Shown here: one piece after another, positions 39,916-48,795 of the stretch
Layout: every line of letters begins with the position of its first letter
Position numbering within the stretch: the first letter of the stretch is position 1
NCBI GenBank assembly: GCA_020723105.1
Contig: DYJL01000006.1
Coordinates: forward strand, 64,689-128,688
Direction of reading: 5' to 3'
Origin: Nitrospira japonica
Lineage (GTDB): Bacteria; Nitrospirota; Thermodesulfovibrionia; UBA6902
Length of the DNA: 64,000 bases
Translations under genes and position numbers: made by a program
The notes under the pieces: generated by a model
Seen by the model: the letters and a program-made list of their open reading frames with translations, nothing else
Databases searched by the model: none
What the model was told of the DNA's origin: nothing

Positions 39916-41531
39916 GGCTTCACACTTAAAGGAAGATCTATAATGACTTTGGTGAATTCCCCTTCCACACTGTCAATCAGCAGCTTACCACCATGGTTGG
40001 TTATAATTCCATGACTGATGCTTAGACCAAGACCGGTTCCGATATTTGCCGGCTTTGTTGAGAAGAAGGGATTTATTACCTTATTCATATTGTCCGGAGA
40101 GATTCCCGTGCCTCTGTCATAAAATACTATGCGGATATAACGTGAATTGTTAACGGTTCCCTGTTTCCCTGTAATCCTAAGTATTTTATTTTCATGTGCA
40201 GAGGCATATTTTTCATTAAGTGCAAAACGGGCATTGCTGATAATATTCAGAAATACCTGCTCAATCTGCTCTGGTATGACCTCAAGTGCAGGCAGATCAG
40301 TCGGAATTGTTACCTGCAGCCTTATAGCGTCTTTTGTCAATTGAGCATTTGTCAGCCCAAGAGCATCAGACATAATTTCATGAATATGCACAAGGCGCAT
40401 TTCCTCGTTACTGTATCTGGCAAATGAAAGGAGATTGCCTACAATACCGGCAATACGGTCGCTTTCCTTTATAATCCGCTTTGCAATATCGTGGTCTTTG
40501 CTGCCCGGCTGGTTTTTGTTTAGAAGTATCTGGGCATAATTAATAATGCCGTTGATAGGATTATTTATTTCATGAGCCACACCTGCTGCCAGTTCGCCAA
40601 GCGCCACCAGGTGGGCGGTCCGCATGGCTTCGGCCTCAGCCCGTTTGCGTTCAGTAATGTCTCTTGAAATAGCTCTTATTTCATATATTTCTCCTCTACT
40701 GTCGAGTTCAGCATATACATTTACAATAGCGGGGAATGTCGTACCGTCTTTTCTGATAAAAGTCCTCTCGATATTTCTGAGGACTTTTTCTTTCTTTAAT
40801 CTCGGGGAATCTTTTTCAAACTTTCTTTTAGATTCTTTCGTAAAAAAATCTGTAAGGGGCCTTCCAATTATTTCTTCTTTTGTGTAACCAAGCATTCTTG
40901 CTTCGGTTTCATTGCAGTCTATAATTATTTTGTTTTTGTTTAAAGTGTGATACATATCAGGAGCATTGTCATACAGATTGCGATATTTCTGCTCAGATAT
41001 CTTGAGAGCGTGTTCTGCCAGCTTTCGGTCCAGTATTTCCTGCCTGAGAAATTCGTTTGAGATACTGAGTTCGTCCGTACGCTCTTCAACGAGTTTCATG
41101 AGCTCAGTGCGGTGTTTCTGCAATTCCTCCGCAGCCAATCTGTGTTCTGTAATGTCCCTGGTTATATGTATTAATCTTATATGCTGATTGCTGCTGTCAA
41201 TTTGCGGTATCGCCTTTATTTCAACGAACAAATTTAAATACGGTTCAAACCTTTCAACTACAACAGGTTTCAGGGTCTTTACACATGTACAGCTCGGGCA
41301 ACCGTCCGGAGGAGAGTCCTGGCCATGATAATATTTGTAGCACTTTATATTCTTGCCGTTTAACGAGGGTAATCTTAAGATTTTCCTGGCTGTTTCATTT
41401 GCATATATTATGTTGAAATCACTGTCATGAATTGTGATCATTTCGTTGATGCCATCAAAGATGCTTTCCAGGTCCTGTTTAAACAGTGAGGTCTCTTTCG
41501 GGAATCGTTTATGTGTGGTTGGTTTATTCAT
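39912..41531 (-). CDS. PAS-domain sensor histidine kinase (cognate of the sigma-54 regulator)
   Basis: PAS with CYKYYHGQDSPPDGCPSCTC; HisKA H-box HEINNPINGI; HATPase G-boxes; 4-nt overlap with the regulator. Confidence 0.85.
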   Translation of the reverse strand: MNKPTTHKRFPKETSLFKQDLESIFDGINEMITIHDSDFNIIYANETARKILRLPSLNGKNIKCYKYYHGQDSPPDGCPSCTCVKTLKPVVVERFEPYLNLFVEIKAIPQIDSSNQHIRLIHITRDITEHRLAAEELQKHRTELMKLVEERTDELSISNEFLRQEILDRKLAEHALKISEQKYRNLYDNAPDMYHTLNKNKIIIDCNETEARMLGYTKEEIIGRPLTDFFTKESKRKFEKDSPRLKKEKVLRNIERTFIRKDGTTFPAIVNVYAELDSRGEIYEIRAISRDITERKRAEAEAMRTAHLVALGELAAGVAHEINNPINGIINYAQILLNKNQPGSKDHDIAKRIIKESDRIAGIVGNLLSFARYSNEEMRLVHIHEIMSDALGLTNAQLTKDAIRLQVTIPTDLPALEVIPEQIEQVFLNIISNARFALNEKYASAHENKILRITGKQGTVNNSRYIRIVFYDRGTGISPDNMNKVINPFFSTKPANIGTGLGLSISHGIITNHGGKLLIDSVEGEFTKVIIDLPLSVKP

Positions 41532-41978
41532 AAGTCCCTGACCCAGTGTAAATAATAAAAAGTTACCAATAAAATTATTTTACTCTTGCCTCTCAGGGTT
41601 GTGATGTTTAATGATAATATTTATATATTGCAAATGTCTATTTTCACATAACGAACTCTGTTGCAATGTTTACAGACAGGGAAGGCTGTGGAAGAATTTC
41701 TATACGACATCTTTAAAAAGGGATTAGGGGATAGGGAGTAGGGGGGTAGGGAAAAGAAATAAAAGAAACTGCTTGAAGCAAAAATGTAACATACCGTTTG
41801 TCGATTATAGAAATTCTGTAACAGGCTGCCCTGTCTGCAGGCAGCAGAGCATTTTATTCCTTGAACTATGATGGCTGTTTTCGATATTATTCTAACAGCT
41901 GTAATTCTTCACAAATAACTTGTAGAAATAATATATGCAGGTCAATGAAAATCTCAAAGCAACAGAAAGGGAAAAGGT

Positions 41979-43283
41979 ATGTATAATTTTGTAAGCTTTG
42001 CTGGAATATTTATTCTTATGGCCTTTGCCTGGCTGCTCTCCTCAAACAGAAAAGTTATTAACTGGCGAGTAATCATTTGGGGAACTGCTTTGCAGCTCGT
42101 TCTGGCGCTTTTCATTTTCCATGTTCCGGCAGGCTCAAAGACATTTCTCTTCATAAATGACGCTGTGGTACGGGTCCTTGACAGCGCAACTGCAGGAGTC
42201 AGGTTTCTTTTTGGAAGGCTGGCGCTTGCTCCCGGAACAAAGAATGAAATGGGCGAAGAGTCCCTCGGATTCATTTTAGCCTTCCAGGCTCTCCCTACGA
42301 TAGTATTTTTCGCAAGCCTCATGGGCTTGCTGTACTACATAGGGGTAATGCCGTGGCTGATAAAGATCTTCTCCCGGACTTTTACAAAACTCATGAAGAT
42401 AAGCGGAGCGGAGGCTCTCAGCGTTTCAAGTAATATATTTGTCGGCGTTGAGGCAAATATGACCGTACTGCCCTATCTCGGCAGGATGACCAGGTCTGAA
42501 TTTTGCACTATACTTGCAGCCGGCATGTCAACAACAGCCTCAAGTGTTCTGGCGCTTTATGTTTTTATTTTGCAGAAAACTTTCCCCACTATAGCAGGGC
42601 ATCTTGTATCTGCATCCATACTTTCTGCGATAGCTGCAATAGTGATGTCAAAACTTATCATGCCCGAGACTGAAGAACCTGAGACCCGGGGATTGGAGAT
42701 AATGCCATACTGTCAGAAGGAATCCTCTGTCATGGAAGCAATTATAAATAATGCAAATGAAGGGGTTAAGATGATTGCCGGAATTATAGCGCTTCTTTTG
42801 GCGTTTCTTGGTATTGTTGCGCTTGCGGATTTTCTTATAGGAGGCGTGGGGATCCAGCTTAATAATCTGACCGGCCTCCATATGGACTGGACGCTAAAGG
42901 GGCTTTTGGGTTACCTGTGTTATCCCTTTGTATTAGTGATTGGTGTTCCGCTTTCAGATGCTTTTGAGATATCCAAACTTATAGGCGAAAGGGCTGTTCT
43001 TACAGAGGTGAAATCATATCAGGATCTTTCCGTACTTCTCTCTTCTGGTGCGCTTCATGACTCCCGTTCTGCAGTGTTAGCCGCATATGCCCTCAATGGT
43101 TTTGCCCATTTTGCTTCACTTGCCATATTCGTCGGCGGTACAGCAGCGCTGGCCCCAAAAAGAAGCCGTGATATCTCGGCTGTCGGCTTCAGGGCGCTTA
43201 TGGCAGCCACCCTGGCCTGCCTTATGACAGCCGCAGTAGCAGGCGCTTTCTTTACTGGCGAGTCCATATTATTAGGCAGGTAA
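41979..43283 (+). CDS. nupC: concentrative nucleoside transporter (NupC/CNT family)
   Basis: 434 aa polytopic membrane protein; residue pattern consistent with the CNT N-terminal, Gate and C-terminal regions. Confidence 0.7.
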   Translation: MYNFVSFAGIFILMAFAWLLSSNRKVINWRVIIWGTALQLVLALFIFHVPAGSKTFLFINDAVVRVLDSATAGVRFLFGRLALAPGTKNEMGEESLGFILAFQALPTIVFFASLMGLLYYIGVMPWLIKIFSRTFTKLMKISGAEALSVSSNIFVGVEANMTVLPYLGRMTRSEFCTILAAGMSTTASSVLALYVFILQKTFPTIAGHLVSASILSAIAAIVMSKLIMPETEEPETRGLEIMPYCQKESSVMEAIINNANEGVKMIAGIIALLLAFLGIVALADFLIGGVGIQLNNLTGLHMDWTLKGLLGYLCYPFVLVIGVPLSDAFEISKLIGERAVLTEVKSYQDLSVLLSSGALHDSRSAVLAAYALNGFAHFASLAIFVGGTAALAPKRSRDISAVGFRALMAATLACLMTAAVAGAFFTGESILLGR

Positions 43284-43287
43284 AATT

Positions 43288-44463
43288 ATGGCGGGAATCT
43301 CTCAATACGATGTGATCATAGCAGGAGGAGGGCCTGCCGGTTCCACTGCCGGATATATTTTAAGCAAATCCGGATTCAGGGTCCTGCTGATTGACAAGAG
43401 CAAATTCCCCAGACATAAACTATGCGGCGGGTGCATTACTCACAAAACAATCAAGCTTCTGGAGCGGGTATTTGGAGAAACTGCAGAAGACCTCAAGAAA
43501 AGGGAAGTCCTTAATTTTGAATCCAATCACTATGAAATCTTTTGTAAAAATAAACTTATATCAAAAACAGATACTCAGCTTTACTTTTATTTTATTGACA
43601 GATATATATACGATAATTTTCTGTTAGACAAGGCGAAACAGGCCGGTGTAGAGGTAATTGAGGGAGAACGAGTTATATCTTTCAACATATCAGATAATGA
43701 GGTTCATACAGAATCCGGGCAGGTATTGACAACGAGGTTATTAATTGGAGCAGACGGGATCAACAGTGTTATAAGACGCCAATTCCCGGGCAAAATATTC
43801 AATCATGAGATATGGCAGCATGATCTTGGCAATGCCGTAGAGATTTTTATTAAGCGTTCTGACATTCAAAAGGTTGTTGACCATCCCACGCTTTATTTCG
43901 ATTTCATAAACCATGGATACGCCTGGATGTTCCCTAACAGGGACAAATTTATACTCGGCATCGGCGGACTTGCACGAAAGAATAAAAAACAGTTTATGCC
44001 TGCGTTTAATGATTTTCTGTCAATGCTCAACCTTGGCGGGTTAACCACAGGTAATATCAGAGGATACACCTTCCCATACGGCAATTTCATTTTAACCCCG
44101 GTATTTAAAAATATAATCCTTATTGGAGACGCAGCAGGTTTTGCAGACCCGCTATTAGGAGAAGGAATTTATTATGCTCAGAGAAGCGCTGAACTTGCTG
44201 CACAGGCTATTTGTGATTGTGCCAGGGAAGGCAAAGATCTGGATTATAGGGCCCAGCAGATTACAGATAAATATCTGCGGTTGTTACATGAAAAAATATT
44301 TCCGGAACTTATTTATGCCAGGAAAATAAGAAAGTTTATTTTCAGGTTTTTAAGCAAACATCATTATTTACCATTGAAAATAATGATGAATTTGATTGGC
44401 ACAAAACCTGTTGAAGCAGTGCATGGAATCAGATCGTATAAATGGCTTAAAAAACTGCCATGA
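43288..44463 (+). CDS. FAD-dependent oxidoreductase, geranylgeranyl-reductase family
   Basis: GxGxxG dinucleotide fold YDVIIAGGGPAGSTAG...LIDK; RxxFPGK and GDAAG motifs. Confidence 0.6.
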   Translation: MAGISQYDVIIAGGGPAGSTAGYILSKSGFRVLLIDKSKFPRHKLCGGCITHKTIKLLERVFGETAEDLKKREVLNFESNHYEIFCKNKLISKTDTQLYFYFIDRYIYDNFLLDKAKQAGVEVIEGERVISFNISDNEVHTESGQVLTTRLLIGADGINSVIRRQFPGKIFNHEIWQHDLGNAVEIFIKRSDIQKVVDHPTLYFDFINHGYAWMFPNRDKFILGIGGLARKNKKQFMPAFNDFLSMLNLGGLTTGNIRGYTFPYGNFILTPVFKNIILIGDAAGFADPLLGEGIYYAQRSAELAAQAICDCAREGKDLDYRAQQITDKYLRLLHEKIFPELIYARKIRKFIFRFLSKHHYLPLKIMMNLIGTKPVEAVHGIRSYKWLKKLP

Positions 44464-44481
44464 CGAAGTTTGGTGAGAATT

Positions 44482-45294
44482 TTATTCCAGTTCCGGAGAA
44501 TGGGTCTGGTTCAATTCATCGAGCCCTTGCAGCCTTTTGGCGCCTATAAACCTTTTTACATAATACGATGTATTGAGACTGTCAATTGTAACTTTCTTTG
44601 CAAGTGTTGAAGCATGTACAAAAAGATTGTTCCCAAGATAAATACCTACATGGGAAGGGAACGAGGCATATGTACGGAAGAAAACCAGATCGCCGATAGA
44701 AAGGTTTTCCTTGTCAACAGATATTCCCTGATTAAATTGCTCTCTCGCACTTCTTGGAAGTTGTATGCCAAAGAAACTGAAGACTTTCTGCACATATCCT
44801 GAACAATCAGTGGCCTTTAATGAACTGCTGCCAAACTTATATGGAATTCCAACCGTTTGCCTGGCCACAAACATTAACAGTTCTTTAAGGTTACTATGTT
44901 GCAATTCAGGAGCGTCTGATAAGTTGTTGATTCCTCCGGCATCAATTGAGAGTGAAGCACCGGCCTTGCTCTCAAGTGTTTCAGGTTCTGCTTTTTGTAT
45001 ATTCTGCTCTGGTGCCATTTCTGTGGCGCTGTTATTTACAGGGGAGGAATCTTTTTTAATGGACTTTTTTGACGGGATTATTATTCTGGCGCCTATAGCC
45101 AGTTTATCCGAATCAAGCTTATTGGCTCTGCTGAGAGTTTCAATATTTGTCCTGAATTTTTTTGATATTCTGTAAAGGGTATCGCCCTTTTTAACTATAT
45201 ATGTTCTCTCAGCCCAGGAATGTGTACTCATTCCTGCGAGAAGAAATAAAACAGCAAAAAAAAGACATATACGCATCTTAAAAAAAATCTTCAT
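44482..45294 (-). CDS. LysM-domain NlpC/P60 family peptidoglycan endopeptidase
   Basis: Signal peptide; LysM (YIVKKGDTLYRISKKF); C-terminal catalytic DCSGYV...H...H. Confidence 0.75.
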   Translation of the reverse strand: MKIFFKMRICLFFAVLFLLAGMSTHSWAERTYIVKKGDTLYRISKKFRTNIETLSRANKLDSDKLAIGARIIIPSKKSIKKDSSPVNNSATEMAPEQNIQKAEPETLESKAGASLSIDAGGINNLSDAPELQHSNLKELLMFVARQTVGIPYKFGSSSLKATDCSGYVQKVFSFFGIQLPRSAREQFNQGISVDKENLSIGDLVFFRTYASFPSHVGIYLGNNLFVHASTLAKKVTIDSLNTSYYVKRFIGAKRLQGLDELNQTHSPELE

Positions 45295-45338
45295 ATTTAG
45301 TCTTAAACTATAAACAAATAATAATTTTATTTCAATAG

Positions 45339-45369
45339 CAACCCCAGCAGCGTGTCAACCCCAGCAGCG
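45339..45369 (+). promoter_or_regulatory. tandem direct repeat caaccccagcagcg x2 (17-bp period) in a divergent promoter region
   Basis: Lies between the NlpC/P60 gene (-) and the small-ORF/HK/LuxR operon (+); this geometry suits NarL/LuxR-type regulator binding. Confidence 0.35.
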
Positions 45370-45470
45370 ACAATACCCTGCCTGCTATCCGATGTCTTTT
45401 GCCGATATGATAAAATAGATAATTAAAAATTATACGGTTAATCACTTACAACCTATCCAAGGGAGGAAAT

Positions 45471-45650
45471 ATGCTTGCAGAAGTAAAGATAATTGAAGGC
45501 GGACAGCTCATAAGGACTGAGAAAATGAAGCTGAGGGTAGTGAAAGAGTTCAGCAATAACATTATCATTTATGAAAATGAAGCAGGAGGAGCCGTTATAT
45601 ATTTTAAAAACAGGGATGAGTATGTTTTGATATCTATTGATATGGCCTAG
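45471..45650 (+). CDS. small hypothetical protein (59 aa) leading the sensor kinase operon
   Basis: Strong RBS GGGAGGaaatATG; not in the ORF track because it is under 60 aa; stop sits 1 nt before the kinase ATG; the ORF at 45453-45659 (-) is its antisense. Confidence 0.5.
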   Translation: MLAEVKIIEGGQLIRTEKMKLRVVKEFSNNIIIYENEAGGAVIYFKNRDEYVLISIDMA

Positions 45651-45651
45651 T

Positions 45652-47781
45652 ATGTTCAAACACTTCTCACTTACTCTGAAAATGCTGTTGATAACAATTG
45701 TTGTAGGGGTTTCAACGTGGAGCTTCCTGGATCTTCTCCAAACGCGTACGATAGAAGAGACATTTCATGCTACCCTGTCTGAAAAACTTAACGAAGACAA
45801 AAACGGGAATCAGATTCTTTTTGATCGCTATCTTCAGATCTTCCATCAGAATGCCAGGGTCATCATTTCGCAGAAACAATTCTATGACTATATAAGAAAG
45901 ACCAGAACCGCAGAATGGTTATCCGTACCTACGGGCCCGGATCAGATACGATATTATGAGGTACTGCCGCCGTGGCTGCCGAATCTTTCCACGATTGGCT
46001 CTTTTACACACTTTCATTATGCCTTGCTGATAGACGGCAGTGGAAATGTCAGGGAAGTCTACAAGCGTTTTACAGAATTGCCTCCAAAATTGTTGCTTAC
46101 GCCAGGATACCTGCTGCGAAAGTTAAATTATAAGCAAATCCTTCTGACCACCATTAACGGCGTCTTCTATCTTGTTACATCTGAGACTCTTTACGGCTCT
46201 CAGGGAAGAGCTTTGGCCACGTTAATGCTGGCAACTCCTGTTGATAATGAGTTTCTTTCTGAATCTCAGGACCAGGATCGTATCGTGGCCTTTGCAGGAG
46301 GGGAAGGGCCTCAGATTCTTGCAACTAACAGAGTGGACCTTTTGCCACTGGGCACCCCGCTGAAATCACTGAAAGACAGGTACTTATATTCAGGAACAGA
46401 TTTCTTTGACTATGGAATATCAGACCGAAGCATTGAACTCGTTACATTTATTCCTACAAAGCCGTATGAGTTGCTCGGTAAATCAATTCTTATAAAAGAA
46501 CGCAGGAGCCGAATTATAACAGCCCTTATGCTGATACTTTCTTTTTCATTCATAATGGTCTGGATTACAAAACGTATCCAGAGCCTGACAGGCCGGGTAA
46601 CGGATTTCTCAAAAAAAACCTTGAATATACAGCAAAAAGATTTATGGGAAGGTGACGAGCTGAAAATTCTTGATGAGCGTTTCCGTAATCTGACCCGGGA
46701 GATTCTTATATCCCATGAATCCCTGAAAGAACAGGCTGAAACGCTGCGCAGGGAAAGGGACCGGGCCCAGAACTATCTTGATATAACCGGAACCCTTATT
46801 ATGACTTTAAACAGAATAGGTGAAATTACACTGATAAACAGAAAAGGATGTTCTGTGCTCGGGTATGAAGAGGAGGAAATCGTTGGGAAGGAATGGTTTG
46901 ATAATTTTATTCCTGAAAGAATAAGGACTGAAGAAAAGGCAGTGTTTGAAAAACTTATGGCTGGAAGGATTGAGCTCCTGGAGTATCATGAAAATGTTGT
47001 GCTCAAAAAGAGCGGAGAAGAAAGATTAATAGCCTGGCACCATACGGTATTGAAAGATGAAGCCGGCGGGATTGTCGGCATACTTATTTCAGGCGAGGAT
47101 ATTACCGAGCATAAACAAATGGAGAAATCTCTTATTGAGATAGAGGAAAGAGAGCGGAGCCGTATCGGACAGGATTTGCACGATGGACTGGGACAGCTCC
47201 TTACCGGCATTGCGTTTAAGGTCCGGGGACTGGGGCGCAAACTTGAGAAGCTATCGTTTTTAAATGCTGAAGATGCAGCAGAAATCTCTGTACTTGTAGA
47301 CGAGGCCAAGACACAGGTCAGCAGAATATCAAAAGGTCTTTATCCTGTTGAGATGGATAGGGAAGGTCTTATGACTGCTCTTGAAGCGCTTGCTTTATCT
47401 ACCAGAAAAATGTTTGGAATACCTTGTATTTTTAAATGTGATAAACCAGTTTATATCCGTAACAAATCCGCTGTAATACAATTATATCGTATTGCACAGG
47501 AGGCCGTGACCAATGCTGTTAAACACGGCAAGCCCCGCCAGATTGAGATGGGCCTTTCAGCAACATATAATAAAATTGTTATGATAATAAAAGATGACGG
47601 CATAGGCGTTCAGGAGGCCCCGGGACCAACCAATACGGGGTTAGGATTAAAGATTATGAGTTACAGGGCCAATCTCATTAACGCCTCGCTTGACATCAGG
47701 CGGGAGACAGCAGGGGGAACATCTTTAACATGTATTTTCTATGACACACGCGAAGAATCATCCGGAAAAGATAAAGTATAA
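45652..47781 (+). CDS. sensor histidine kinase, NarX/LiaS-like (periplasmic sensor - PAS - HisKA_3 - HATPase)
   Basis: Two TM segments flanking a roughly 270-aa periplasmic domain; PAS; H-box ERSRIGQDLHDGLGQ; N/G boxes. Confidence 0.8.
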   Translation: MFKHFSLTLKMLLITIVVGVSTWSFLDLLQTRTIEETFHATLSEKLNEDKNGNQILFDRYLQIFHQNARVIISQKQFYDYIRKTRTAEWLSVPTGPDQIRYYEVLPPWLPNLSTIGSFTHFHYALLIDGSGNVREVYKRFTELPPKLLLTPGYLLRKLNYKQILLTTINGVFYLVTSETLYGSQGRALATLMLATPVDNEFLSESQDQDRIVAFAGGEGPQILATNRVDLLPLGTPLKSLKDRYLYSGTDFFDYGISDRSIELVTFIPTKPYELLGKSILIKERRSRIITALMLILSFSFIMVWITKRIQSLTGRVTDFSKKTLNIQQKDLWEGDELKILDERFRNLTREILISHESLKEQAETLRRERDRAQNYLDITGTLIMTLNRIGEITLINRKGCSVLGYEEEEIVGKEWFDNFIPERIRTEEKAVFEKLMAGRIELLEYHENVVLKKSGEERLIAWHHTVLKDEAGGIVGILISGEDITEHKQMEKSLIEIEERERSRIGQDLHDGLGQLLTGIAFKVRGLGRKLEKLSFLNAEDAAEISVLVDEAKTQVSRISKGLYPVEMDREGLMTALEALALSTRKMFGIPCIFKCDKPVYIRNKSAVIQLYRIAQEAVTNAVKHGKPRQIEMGLSATYNKIVMIIKDDGIGVQEAPGPTNTGLGLKIMSYRANLINASLDIRRETAGGTSLTCIFYDTREESSGKDKV

Positions 47782-48457
47782 AATTTTCATTGTTGATGAT
47801 CATCCGATTGTGCGGCAGGGTGTTGCACAGCTGATCAATCAGGAAGCCATCCTTACGGTTTGTGGAGAGGCCAGCGACGTTGCATCGGCTCTGCAGGCCA
47901 TCCCGGCCTGTGACTGTGATCTTGTTCTCGTGGATCTCTCTCTGGGGTCTGACATCGGAATCAGACTTATCGAAGACCTTCTGCTGGACCATACGGACCT
48001 CAAAATACTGGTTCTATCCATGCACGACGAAGCATTATATGCCGAGCGCTGCCTGAAGGCAGGAGCCAAAGGTTATATAATGAAGCAGGAACCTCCCGAG
48101 CTCGTTATATTGGCGCTGAAAAAAGTACTGAATGGAGAGATTTATGTAAGCGCTAAATTAAGCGCCAGGCTGTTACAGAAATTAGCTTCAAAACAATCCG
48201 TGCCTTATAGCTCCCCTATTGAACAACTCAGTAACCGGGAACTTGAAGTATTTCAGCTTATCGGAAAGGGGTTTAAGACACGAAAAATAGCAGAACATCT
48301 GAACCTCAGTGTTAAAACCATAGAGACTTATATAGAGCATATAAAAAGAAAAATGAATTTAGAGGATTCCCGCGATTTAATTTTGCATGCCGTTCAATGG
48401 GGTATAAACGAACAATACCAGACCACGCAGCGCCCTGATTCCCGTGAGAACAAATAA
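47741..48457 (+). CDS. NarL/LuxR-family response regulator
   Basis: REC (IFIVDDHPIVR...D) plus C-terminal LuxR HTH (ELEVFQLIGKGFKTRKIAEHLNLSVKTIETY). Confidence 0.85.
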   Translation: MTHAKNHPEKIKYKIFIVDDHPIVRQGVAQLINQEAILTVCGEASDVASALQAIPACDCDLVLVDLSLGSDIGIRLIEDLLLDHTDLKILVLSMHDEALYAERCLKAGAKGYIMKQEPPELVILALKKVLNGEIYVSAKLSARLLQKLASKQSVPYSSPIEQLSNRELEVFQLIGKGFKTRKIAEHLNLSVKTIETYIEHIKRKMNLEDSRDLILHAVQWGINEQYQTTQRPDSRENK

Positions 48458-48474
48458 AAAAGTCTCATTTACTT

Positions 48475-48495
48475 CCCTCTCCCCTTGCGGGAGAG
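48475..48495 (+). terminator. GC-rich hairpin after the response regulator gene
   Basis: cctctccc-cttgc-gggagagg (8-bp stem) followed by atgcttt; the T-tract is weak. Confidence 0.3.
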
Positions 48496-48520
48496 GATGC
48501 TTTAGGATACTCTGCCGTCT

Positions 48521-48793
48521 CTATTGAGGGGCGGATTTTTTATTTATCAGATAAATAAACGCCAGAATCTCGGCGACTGCCTTGTACAATTCGGAAGGGA
48601 TTTCCTGATACAGGTCCAGCTTTGAGAGGAATTCGACAAGTTCTTTGTCTTCCCGTATTGGAATTTTGTGGGCTTTTGCAGTCTCGATAATTTTCTTTGC
48701 GACTTCTCCCCGGCCTTTTGCTACAAGCCTGGGCGCAGAATCCTGGGCCTGATTATATTTTAGCGCGGCAGCTTTTTCGGAGCTCTTTTTCAT
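48521..48793 (-). CDS. FlhB C-terminal-domain-like protein (EscU/YscU/HrcU family stand-alone domain)
   Basis: 90 aa; residue pattern (e.g. PRLVAKGRGEVA, PIREDKELV) matches my recollection of stand-alone FlhB_C (YlqH-like) proteins. Confidence 0.65.
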   Translation of the reverse strand: MKKSSEKAAALKYNQAQDSAPRLVAKGRGEVAKKIIETAKAHKIPIREDKELVEFLSKLDLYQEIPSELYKAVAEILAFIYLINKKSAPQ

Positions 48794-48795
48794 GG

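Noticed and set aside
41954-42322. 122-aa minus-strand ORF
   Set aside because: Antisense of the nupC N-terminus.
45453-45659. 68-aa minus-strand ORF
   Set aside because: Antisense of the better-supported 59-aa plus-strand ORF with a strong SD.
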